Assembly: GCF_022701215.1 (NCBI RefSeq) | Contig: NZ_CP089976.1 | Coordinates: forward strand, 540,001-572,000 | Direction: 5' to 3' | Origin: Moraxella nasovis | Lineage (GTDB): Bacteria > Pseudomonadota > Gammaproteobacteria > Pseudomonadales > Moraxellaceae | DNA length: 32,000 nt | Shown here: piece after piece, positions 20,221 to 26,834 of the stretch | How the letters are laid out: each line of letters starts with the position of its first letter | Position numbering within the stretch: the first letter of the stretch is position 1 | Notes under the pieces: model-generated | Databases searched by the model: none | What the model was told of the DNA's origin: nothing | The model's input: only the letters and a program-made list of their open reading frames with translations | Made by a program: the position numbers and the translations under genes

Positions 20221-20251
20221 GGCTTGTGTTTATCCGTTGGATTGAAGGGGT

Positions 20252-20295
20252 ATTTTAGCAAAGACGTACAGATATTTCAATGATGGTTGAAATGA
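20252..20295 (-). promoter_or_regulatory. ArsR-type promoter/operator, copy B (upstream of arsR copy 1)
   Basis: The minus strand reads TTGAAA (20275-20280), a 17-nt spacer, then TAAAAT (20252-20257). An imperfect inverted repeat ATATTTCAAT...TTGAAATGA lies at 20272-20295. Confidence 0.6.
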
Positions 20296-20310
20296 TGGGC
20301 GTTTTTATTT

Positions 20311-20325
20311 TTCAGGCAGCCTGAA
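20311..20325. repeat. Palindromic DUS-variant TTCAGGCAGCCTGAA
   Basis: It reads as AGGCAGCCTGAA on the plus strand and AGGCTGCCTGAA on the minus strand. Both are Neisseriaceae DUS dialect forms. Confidence 0.7.
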
Positions 20326-20351
20326 AACCCAAATTGAAAAACCAAAAAACA

Positions 20352-20418
20352 ATGCCGTCTGAAAGATTGGTTTTCAGACGGCATTTTGGCAAAAACCGAC
20401 CTTTCAGGCTGTCTGAAA
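20352..20418. repeat. Inverted pair of exact AT-DUS 12-mers (hairpin terminator of the CueR-like gene) plus a TTTCAGGCTGTCTGAAA palindrome
   Basis: ATGCCGTCTGAA lies at 20352-20363 and its reverse complement at 20373-20384. The palindrome lies at 20402-20418. Together they form a composite junction repeat. Confidence 0.85.
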
Positions 20419-20422
20419 CCGC

Positions 20423-20806
20423 TTACTGTAAATTTTGTAATATCGCACAATGTGAACGCTCATCGCCTGCACATTCGTCGTGCCACGCCTGCAAGGTATT
20501 TTTCATCTGTTCCAACTGGGCGATTTTTTGAGCCAACGTGGCGATATGGCTGGCGGTCAGGGCTTTGACATCACAGCTTTTGCGGTTGGGGTTGTCTTGC
20601 AAGGCGAGCAATTCGCCGATTTGTGCCAAGCCAAAGCCCACTTCTCGGGCGTGGTGGATAAAGTGAAGCCGTGCCAAATCCGCTTGTTTGTAATCACGGT
20701 AGCCTGAAAAGGTGCGTTCGGCAGGGGTAAGCAAGCCCAATTTTTCGTAATCTCGGATTTGTTTGCTGGATAGACCGGTGATTTTGGCGACTTCGCTGAT
20801 TTTCAT
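20423..20806 (-). CDS. MerR-family Cu(I)-type metalloregulator (CueR/HmrR-like)
   Basis: The internal start MKISEVAKITGLSSKQIRDYEKLGLL gives 127 aa. It has Ser77 in RKSCDVK and a C112-x7-C120 loop (CAGDERSHC), as in CueR. The ORF-track extension to 21103 crosses the promoter and was discarded. Confidence 0.88.
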   Translation of the reverse strand: MKISEVAKITGLSSKQIRDYEKLGLLTPAERTFSGYRDYKQADLARLHFIHHAREVGFGLAQIGELLALQDNPNRKSCDVKALTASHIATLAQKIAQLEQMKNTLQAWHDECAGDERSHCAILQNLQ

Positions 20807-20853
20807 GGTTTTTTCTCCTTTACAAAACGTAACATAAAAGTTTTGAAAAACCC

Positions 20854-20884
20854 TTGACCTTGACGCAAGGTTAAGGATTATTAT
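20854..20884 (+). promoter_or_regulatory. MerR-type promoter with a 19-bp spacer and dyad operator
   Basis: It reads TTGACC (20854-20859), a 19-nt spacer, then TATTAT (20879-20884). The dyad ACCTTG-ACG-CAAGGT sits inside the spacer, and CTTGACCTTGACGCAAGGTTAAG is a 23-bp near-palindrome. Confidence 0.75.
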
Positions 20885-20968
20885 ATGTCCATACACAGCA
20901 AAACAGCAATACTGCTTGTGTATCCGTCCAGAACATTCTGGTTTATCAATCCAAAACGGAGAAATGTT

Positions 20969-21097
20969 ATGAACATCAAAAACAAAACTTGCCAATGTCC
21001 CAACTGCCCTTGTGGCACACACAACGCCAACTGCACTTGCGTTTGCTGTGCGGACTGCCAATGCACTACCGAGCAATGCTCGTGCAACTGCCAATAA
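20969..21097 (+). CDS. 42-aa Cys-rich metallothionein-like peptide
   Basis: The peptide is MNIKNKTCQCPNCPCGTHNANCTCVCCADCQCTTEQCSCNCQ, with 13 Cys in 42 residues, no aromatic residues, and CxC/CC motifs. A GGAG SD lies 7 nt upstream. It sits about 80 nt downstream of the MerR-type promoter. Confidence 0.65.
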   Translation: MNIKNKTCQCPNCPCGTHNANCTCVCCADCQCTTEQCSCNCQ

Positions 21098-21203
21098 GGG
21101 CAAACGCTGTTTTTAAACAAGTCCATGCCAAGTCATCACGGCTTGGTATGGCAAACAAACCAACTTAATTTATCCATTTTTATCCATGCTTTAAGGAGCT
21201 GTT

Positions 21204-21647
21204 ATGAACAATTTAAAAAAATACCTTACCGTTGCCGTGCTGTCTGTGGCACTTGGCGGTGTGGGCGGATTTGCCATTGCCAATACCACCCAGCAAAATA
21301 ATATGTCGCAAATGCACGAAAACATGATGAACAATCACGCCAAAATGGGGGCGATGAACCACGACATGAATGCCATGAACCAAAATAAAGCCAACCAAGC
21401 ACCGCACACCCAAGAATATATGCAGTCGATGAACGCCCTGCACGATGAGATGATGGTAGGCGTTGCCGACAGCGATGCCGACCGAGCCTTTGCCCGCTCC
21501 ATGATACCGCACCATTTGGGGGCGATTAAGATGGCAGAAGTTCAGCTTAAATACGGCAAAGACCCAGAAATGCGAAAACTCGCTGAACAAATCATCAAAG
21601 CCCAAGACCCCGAAATCAAACAGATGGAGCAATGGCTCAAAAAATAA
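21204..21647 (+). CDS. DUF305-family (CopM-like) periplasmic Met/His-rich protein
   Basis: It has a signal peptide, a Met/His/Asn-rich N-terminal region, and the MIPHHLGAIKMAE motif typical of DUF305. Confidence 0.85.
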   Translation: MNNLKKYLTVAVLSVALGGVGGFAIANTTQQNNMSQMHENMMNNHAKMGAMNHDMNAMNQNKANQAPHTQEYMQSMNALHDEMMVGVADSDADRAFARSMIPHHLGAIKMAEVQLKYGKDPEMRKLAEQIIKAQDPEIKQMEQWLKK

Positions 21648-21717
21648 ACCTGTCGCCCGCCAAGCCAGCTGGTTTGGTCGGGCAAATCTTGCCTTTAAAT
21701 AGGATTTAGGAGTTTTT

Positions 21718-22209
21718 ATGCGTAGCATGAAAAAAGCATTGGCAACAGGCGTGTTAAGTGTTTCTATCATCGCAGGGGCGGTATCCTTGTTTGTCATGAA
21801 CCGCCCAGCACAAGCCGTCAATCATGTGGAAGTGTGGAAAGACGCCAATTGCGGTTGTTGTGGCGAATGGGTAGAACACATGAAGAAAAACGGCTTTACC
21901 GTGAGCGTCCACAACACGGGCAACCGTGAAATGCGTGCCAAGCTCGGTATGCCTGAAAAATTTGCGTCCTGCCACACCGCCAAAGTGGGCGGTTATGTGA
22001 TTGAAGGACACACGCCGGCATCCGACATCAAGCGTCTGCTCACACAAAAGCCTAATGCCCTAGGTCTGGCAACCCCCGCCATGCCACTTGGCTCGCCCGG
22101 TATGGACGGCGAAGCCTATCAGGGTAAAAAGCATGATTACAACGTGCTTTTGGTGCAAAAAGACGGCACCAGCCAAGTGTATCAGGCTTACAAGGGCAAC
22201 CAAAATTAA
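21718..22209 (+). CDS. DUF411-family (CopG-like) periplasmic copper-binding protein
   Basis: It has a signal peptide, the CGCC motif (DANCGCCGEW), the CHT motif, and MPLGSPGMD. Confidence 0.85.
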   Translation: MRSMKKALATGVLSVSIIAGAVSLFVMNRPAQAVNHVEVWKDANCGCCGEWVEHMKKNGFTVSVHNTGNREMRAKLGMPEKFASCHTAKVGGYVIEGHTPASDIKRLLTQKPNALGLATPAMPLGSPGMDGEAYQGKKHDYNVLLVQKDGTSQVYQAYKGNQN

Positions 22210-22214
22210 ACAAG

Positions 22215-22252
22215 AACGCTGTTTTAAAAACAGCGTTTTTTTCAGACGGCAT
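22215..22252 (+). terminator. Intrinsic terminator followed by an exact AT-DUS
   Basis: An AACGCTGTTTT / AAAACAGCGTT hairpin with a T-run spans 22215-22243. It is followed by TTCAGACGGCAT at 22241-22252. Confidence 0.8.
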
Positions 22253-22282
22253 AGATTTTTAATTTTCAGGCAGCCAAAACGG

Positions 22283-22687
22283 TCAAACTTCACAATTTTT
22301 TTGCAGTCCCGTTATCACTTTGCAATGTGCCACGTCGTTTTCTTGGCAACCTTGCAAGGCGGTCAGGTGGGCTTTCATGTGCTGTAATTGTGCGATTTGC
22401 TCGTCAATCCGTGCGATATGGCGAGTGAGCAGTTCGGTGGCGTTATCACAGCGGTTGTGCGGTTGGCTTTGCATTTGCTGTAAGGCTTTGATTTCTTCAA
22501 CAGAAAAACCGACATGACGGCAGTTTTTGATGAATTTTAGGGTGTCTGTCATTTCTTGGTTAAACAGCCGATAGCCGTTTTCGCCACGAATGGGGCTAAT
22601 CAGCCCCATTTTTTCATAATAACGGATACTTTCAAGCGACAAGCCGACTTGCTCGCTGACGGTTTTTACCTGCAATAAATTTTTCAT
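22283..22687 (-). CDS. MerR-family divalent-metal-type regulator (ZntR/CadR/PbrR-like)
   Basis: The start MKNLLQVKTVSEQVGLSLESIRYYEKMGL gives 134 aa. It has Cys80 (HNRC) plus C114-x7-C122, the Cys pattern of divalent-cation MerR sensors. Confidence 0.85.
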   Translation of the reverse strand: MKNLLQVKTVSEQVGLSLESIRYYEKMGLISPIRGENGYRLFNQEMTDTLKFIKNCRHVGFSVEEIKALQQMQSQPHNRCDNATELLTRHIARIDEQIAQLQHMKAHLTALQGCQENDVAHCKVITGLQKNCEV

Positions 22688-22694
22688 AAAACGC

Positions 22695-22725
22695 TTGACC
22701 TTGTTCCGACAACAGGGTTTATGAT
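22695..22725 (+). promoter_or_regulatory. MerR-type promoter with a 19-bp spacer (drives the CDF gene)
   Basis: It reads TTGACC (22695-22700), a 19-nt spacer, then TATGAT (22720-22725). The spacer holds an imperfect dyad ACCTTGTT-n5-AACAGGGT. Confidence 0.7.
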
Positions 22726-22759
22726 AAACCATAAACAGTTATTTTAAAAGGGTAAAATC

Positions 22760-23368
22760 ATGTCTTGCCAATGCTCTACGCAAAACAACGCCGTACACTC
22801 GGACAGATACCGCAATATATTGTGGATTGTGCTTATTCTCAATTTCTCCATGTTTTTTGTGGAAGTCTTTATCGGCTGGCGGTCTGGCTCGGTGTCCTTG
22901 CTGGCTGACAGCTTGGACTTTTTGGGCGACAGTGCCAACTATCTCATCACGCTGTTTGTGTTGGGCAAAACCTTGCAAACTCGTGCCAAAGCCAGCCTGA
23001 TTAAGGGTATTTCTATGGGGCTAATGGGGCTTTGGATTTTGTTTACAACTTTATACAATCTATTTATGGGCGATGTACCAAATTATCACGATATGGGCGT
23101 GGTCGGCTTACTTGCTTTGGCGGTCAATGTAACCGCAGCGTGGCTGTTGTACCATTTTCGTGAAGGCGACAGCAATATGCAAAGCGTTTGGCTGTGTTCT
23201 CGCAACGATGCCATTGGCAACGTGATGGTGGTTTTGGCGGCGGTTGCGGTGTATTTTAGCCAATCCAAAATCCCTGATTTGCTGGTGGCAGGCATTATGG
23301 TGTATTTATCACTATCTGCAAGCAAAGCAATCATCAGTAGAGCTTGGTCGGAGTTAAAGGAGCATTGA
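22760..23368 (+). CDS. Cation diffusion facilitator (CDF) family transporter, short form
   Basis: 202 aa with LLADSLDFLGDSANY (a TM2 DxxxD-type site), about 6 TM segments and an N-terminal MSCQCS. There appears to be no room for the usual C-terminal cytoplasmic domain. Confidence 0.82.
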   Translation: MSCQCSTQNNAVHSDRYRNILWIVLILNFSMFFVEVFIGWRSGSVSLLADSLDFLGDSANYLITLFVLGKTLQTRAKASLIKGISMGLMGLWILFTTLYNLFMGDVPNYHDMGVVGLLALAVNVTAAWLLYHFREGDSNMQSVWLCSRNDAIGNVMVVLAAVAVYFSQSKIPDLLVAGIMVYLSLSASKAIISRAWSELKEH

Positions 23369-23385
23369 GATTTGTCTAAAATAAA

Positions 23386-23421
23386 AACGCTGTTTTGCTC
23401 ATGAAAAACAGCGTTTTTTTT
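23386..23421 (+). terminator. Intrinsic terminator of the CDF gene
   Basis: The stem is AACGCTGTTTT (23386-23396), the loop is GCTCATG, and the partner arm is AAAACAGCGTT (23405-23415), followed by a T-run. It uses the same stem sequence family as the terminator at 22215. Confidence 0.8.
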
Positions 23422-23493
23422 CAGGCAGTCTGAAAGGTCGGTTTTACAAATATGCCGTCTGAAAATTTGTCCGAACGGGTTTTCAGACGGCAT
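23420..23493. repeat. Composite junction repeat: TTCAGGCAGTCTGAA palindrome plus an inverted pair of exact AT-DUS
   Basis: The palindrome lies at 23420-23434. ATGCCGTCTGAA lies at 23452-23463 and its reverse complement at 23482-23493. Confidence 0.85.
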
Positions 23494-23527
23494 GGGTTTC
23501 GTTGGGTCTTGACCCAACCTTGTATCT

Positions 23528-23728
23528 CACCACCAAGACTAGCTATCTTGGTGATGGCATGGTAGATTATACCATCACCCTAAGTTACTTGGCAGTTTCT
23601 ACCCAACCTGAGTACTTTGATGCTGTCTCGTAGATTAAACCCGAGTAACTTTTTAATCATCGTACAATCTGAATGGTATCCAAGCGCTTGATTGATTTTC
23701 AATCATGACGCTGAATGAACAAGGCTAG
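23528..23728 (+). ncRNA. Candidate IS110 bridge (guide) RNA in the left non-coding end
   Basis: Structure is visible by eye. CACCAAG (23531-37) can pair with CTTGGTG (23547-53). A GGTG..ATGGTA-loop-TACCAT-CACC hairpin spans 23550-23579. A TGATTGA-TTT-TCAATCA stem lies near 23690-23708. The position matches where IS110-group elements encode their bridge RNA. Confidence 0.4.
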
Positions 23729-24736
23729 ATGACAATGACTTATTATGTTGGTATTGATGTTAGTAAGCACAAGCTGGATGTGGCTTGGCTTAAAGAGTTA
23801 AGTACAATGAAAGTCAAAACCAAAGTCTTTAATAATCACTTTGATGATTTTGAACACATCATTCATTGGCTTAAAACCAATCTTGGTACAGATGTCAGCT
23901 TCAATGACATTCATCTTATTATGGAAGCCACAGGGGTGTATCATGAACCTTTGGCGTATTATTTACACGATTTGGGTTTTAAAGTCTCTATCATCAATCC
24001 TGCCTTTGTCAAGCACTATGCAGACAGTTTAGGCGTAAGACAAAAGACAGATAAAAAAGACAGTATTGTCCTTGCCAGATACGGCAGAGCCACCCACCCT
24101 GATGCTTGGATTGCCCCAAGTATTGAAGCTCGTCATTTAAAGTCTTTGCTTTCTCGTCTTGATGCTCTAAATGAAGACTTACAACGAGAAGAAAACCGCA
24201 AAGAAAAAGCAGAAGTGGCAGACACAACCCCCATTGTTAAACAATCCATTGATGAGATGATTGTGGCATTAAAATTGGCAATCAGCAAATTAAACCAAGA
24301 CATTGACACTCATATCAACAACCACCCCAAACTTAAAGAAGAGCAAACACTCTTACAAAGCATCAAAGGAGTAGGACAAGTCATTTCAAGACAAATGCTA
24401 ACTCTGTTTAATACCAAGCAATTTAACAATGCCAAACAAGTCTCTGCCTTTTTAGGGTTAATTCCCAAACAACAAGAATCAGGATTGTTTAAAGGCAGAT
24501 CAAGACTTGCCAAAACAGGCAATGCTCAATTAAGAGCTAAGCTATATATGGCAGCAGTTGTTGCCACCAAGTACAATCCAGACATTAAAGACCAATACGA
24601 ACGCTTACAACAAAATGGCAAATGCAAAATGCAAGCTTTATGTGCTTGTATGCGTAAATTGGTACAAATCTGCTTTGGTGTGATCAAACACCAAACTCCC
24701 TACACCCCACAAGTTAGGATAGAAAATATGGCTTGA
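23729..24736 (+). CDS. IS110-family transposase/recombinase
   Basis: 335 aa with the N-terminal YVGIDVSKHKLDV (DEDD RuvC-like domain) and the C-terminal LQSIKGVGQVISRQML...GLIPKQQESG (Tnp_20 domain). Confidence 0.92.
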   Translation: MTMTYYVGIDVSKHKLDVAWLKELSTMKVKTKVFNNHFDDFEHIIHWLKTNLGTDVSFNDIHLIMEATGVYHEPLAYYLHDLGFKVSIINPAFVKHYADSLGVRQKTDKKDSIVLARYGRATHPDAWIAPSIEARHLKSLLSRLDALNEDLQREENRKEKAEVADTTPIVKQSIDEMIVALKLAISKLNQDIDTHINNHPKLKEEQTLLQSIKGVGQVISRQMLTLFNTKQFNNAKQVSAFLGLIPKQQESGLFKGRSRLAKTGNAQLRAKLYMAAVVATKYNPDIKDQYERLQQNGKCKMQALCACMRKLVQICFGVIKHQTPYTPQVRIENMA

Positions 24737-24780
24737 CAAGGGGTGAGGAGAGATGGTATCTACAAGCTGAAAACCAATCT

Positions 24781-24826
24781 TTCAGACGGCATTTACTTTT
24801 GATTTAGGCTTTCAGACAGCCTGAAA
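24781..24826. repeat. Composite junction repeat: exact AT-DUS plus TTCAGACAGCCTGAA palindrome
   Basis: TTCAGACGGCAT lies at 24781-24792 and TTCAGACAGCCTGAAA at 24811-24826, just downstream of the SulP stop on the minus strand. Confidence 0.85.
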
Positions 24827-24836
24827 GCCCCACCAA

Positions 24837-26327
24837 TCAATGCCCCATCACAATATCCACATCTTCGGATTTGTCGTGTACACCGAATCTGTCCACGAGC
24901 GTTTGGCTGGCTTCGTTTAAGCCATATACACTCACATTCGCCCCTAATTTGCGGTATTTGATAACCACTTTATCTAAGGCTGAGATGGCAGTTACGTCCC
25001 AAAAGTGGGCGTGAGTCAAATCAATGCTGACATCGGTAATGCCTTGTTTGCCAAAGTTAAATTGGGCAATAAAATCATCGGCAGATGCAAAAAACACTTG
25101 TCCTACCACAGCATATGCCAAACTTTTGGGGCTGTCGGTCGGCAAGGTATTTATCACCATATAGCGTCCGATTTTGTTGGCAAAAAACAAAGCGGCGAGC
25201 AGCACGCCAGCAAATACACCCAGTGCCAAATTGTGCGTAAACACCACGATGGCGACCGTTACCACCATCACCACGTTAAAGCCGACAGGGTGGCTTTTAA
25301 GCTCTTTGATTGAAGCCCAATTAAATGTGCCGATAGACACCATAATCATCACCGCCACCAGTGCAGGCATTGGGATAATTTTGATTAAATCCGCCAAAAA
25401 CACCACCATAATCAGCAAATACACACCTGCCAAAAAGGTAGAAAGTCGTGTGCGACCGCCTGATTTGACGTTAATCACCGACTGCCCAATCATCGCACAG
25501 CCCGCCATTGCCCCCATTAAGCCTGACGCAATGTTAGCGATGCCTTGCCCTTTACATTCACGGTTTTTGTCGCTGTCGGTTTCGGTCATCTCGTCCACGA
25601 TGGTCGCCGTCATCAAGGATTCAAGCAGTCCCACCATCGCAAGGCTAAATGAATACGGCAAAATAATCCACAAGGTCTCCAAGTTTAGCGGTATATCAGG
25701 CAACAAAAATACAGGCAAGGTATCAGGCAGCTGCCCCATATCGCCCACTGTGCGTACATCAATGCCCAGTGCCACCGTCAAAGCGGTGAGCGTGATGATG
25801 GTAACGAGTGGCGATGGGATAATTTTGCCAAGTTTGGGAATATAAGGAAATAGATAAATAATCGCAAGACCCAATGCCACAAGGGCGTAAGTATGCCATG
25901 TTACACCCGTCAGCTCTGGCAGTTGTGCCATAAAAATCAAAATCGCCAAGGCGTTCACAAAGCCGATGACCACCGCCCGAGCCACAAATCGCATGAGCGA
26001 GCCAAGCTTTAAAAAGCCTGCGATAATCTGAATGACTCCTGTCAAAATCGTTGCCGCCAGCAGATACTCTAAACCGTGTTCTTTGACGAGTGTAACCATC
26101 ACGAGTGCCATCGCCCCTGTCGCTGCCGAAATCATCGCAGGACGACCGCCGACAAAGCTAATCACCACCGCAATACAAAATGACGCATACAGCCCCACTT
26201 TGGGGTCAACCCCTGCAATGATAGAAAAGGCAATCGCTTCTGGAATGAGTGCCAGCCCCACCACCAAGCCTGAGAGCATATCGCCACGCACATTACAAAA
26301 CCATTGCTGTTTTATGCTGTCAATCAA
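24837..26327 (-). CDS. SulP-family inorganic anion transporter with a C-terminal STAS domain
   Basis: Motifs include [26 protein letters not shown], many TM segments and a STAS-like tail ([26 protein letters not shown]). I prefer the TTG start at 26327, which has AGGAG 7 nt upstream. The ORF-track ATG at 26441 adds a non-homologous extension. Confidence 0.85.
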   Translation of the reverse strand: MIDSIKQQWFCNVRGDMLSGLVVGLALIPEAIAFSIIAGVDPKVGLYASFCIAVVISFVGGRPAMISAATGAMALVMVTLVKEHGLEYLLAATILTGVIQIIAGFLKLGSLMRFVARAVVIGFVNALAILIFMAQLPELTGVTWHTYALVALGLAIIYLFPYIPKLGKIIPSPLVTIITLTALTVALGIDVRTVGDMGQLPDTLPVFLLPDIPLNLETLWIILPYSFSLAMVGLLESLMTATIVDEMTETDSDKNRECKGQGIANIASGLMGAMAGCAMIGQSVINVKSGGRTRLSTFLAGVYLLIMVVFLADLIKIIPMPALVAVMIMVSIGTFNWASIKELKSHPVGFNVVMVVTVAIVVFTHNLALGVFAGVLLAALFFANKIGRYMVINTLPTDSPKSLAYAVVGQVFFASADDFIAQFNFGKQGITDVSIDLTHAHFWDVTAISALDKVVIKYRKLGANVSVYGLNEASQTLVDRFGVHDKSEDVDIVMGH

Positions 26328-26460
26328 TGAAAAACTCCTAAAATCAACCAAAATCAAAAGGCATGGCCATCGCACGCCTAAAACAAAAAAACCAAGCCTT
26401 TGCTTGGCTAACTCACGCAGGTTTGCCCTACCGTCAATCAATCAAAAACAAACAACCACA

Positions 26461-26760
26461 CTAACAACGCCCGCCACTATCTTGACAGCATTCGTCCGTC
26501 AAAAAGCCTGCTAACTGCTTCATCAAATCCAAATTGGCATAATAACGCACGAACCGCCCCTGCTGTTCGCTACGCACTAAGTCTGCGTGGGTGAGCGTTT
26601 TTAGATGAAAGGATAAATTGTTGGGGGCGATGTCTAGTTTTTTGGATAAATCACCTGCCACCAGCCCAGATTTTCCTGCTCGTGTGAGCATTTGAAAAAT
26701 CGCCAAGCGAATGGGCGATGACAGACTTTCAAAAAGTTTGCTTGCGGTTTTGGGGTTCAT
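26461..26760 (-). CDS. arsR: ArsR/SmtB-family metalloregulator with a C-terminal Cys triad (copy 2)
   Basis: 99 aa and clearly paralogous to copy 1 ([27 protein letters not shown]-terminus [10 protein letters not shown]). It has the same orientation as copy 1. Confidence 0.88.
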   Translation of the reverse strand: MNPKTASKLFESLSSPIRLAIFQMLTRAGKSGLVAGDLSKKLDIAPNNLSFHLKTLTHADLVRSEQQGRFVRYYANLDLMKQLAGFLTDECCQDSGGRC

Positions 26761-26790
26761 AAGTGAAGATGCGTGCTGTTAAAAGGGGGT

Positions 26791-26834
26791 ATTTTAGCAG
26801 GGGCGAGATAATATTTCAATGATAATTGAAGTAT
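26791..26834 (-). promoter_or_regulatory. ArsR-type promoter/operator, copy C (upstream of arsR copy 2)
   Basis: The minus strand reads TTGAAA (26814-26819), a 17-nt spacer, then TAAAAT (26791-26796). The inverted repeat ATATTTCAAT-GATA-ATTGAAGTAT spans 26811-26834. Confidence 0.6.

Larger units (their letters stand above)
23522..24761 (+). mobile_element. IS110-family insertion sequence (boundaries approximate)
   Basis: A single DEDD-type transposase ORF has about 200 nt of non-coding DNA upstream and about 25 nt downstream, with no obvious terminal inverted repeats, as expected for IS110. GTATCT occurs at 23522-23527 and 24756-24761 and is a possible junction or core repeat. Confidence 0.6.

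Noticed and set aside
20807-21126. N-terminal extension of the CueR-like ORF to 21103, the 20881..21126 minus ORF, and the 20885 start of the Cys-rich ORF
   Set aside because: These extensions run straight through the MerR-type promoter/operator at 20854-20884. The canonical MerR N-terminus (MKISEVAK...) starts at 20806 with an AAGGAG SD. The Cys-rich ORF has its own SD before ATG 20969, and the predicted TSS lies downstream of 20885.
21213-22387. ORFs 21213..21821(-), 21754..22047(-), 22052..22252(-), 22060..22293(-), 22088..22387(+)
   Set aside because: They are antisense or off-frame to the DUF305, DUF411 and MerR genes, or span the terminator/DUS region. Their His/Arg/Gly-rich translations show no domain signatures.
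22739-23517. Minus-strand ORFs 22739..22978, 22744..22938 and 23086..23517
   Set aside because: They lie opposite the CDF gene. The last one reads through the terminator and DUS hairpins, so it is very unlikely to be coding.
25005-26514. Plus-strand ORFs 25005..25313, 25174..25845 and 26032..26514 opposite the SulP gene
   Set aside because: They are antisense shadows of a membrane-protein gene. Their translations are Thr/Ser/Ile/Pro-rich with no recognisable domain. The last one runs across the SulP-arsR intergenic region without start signals.
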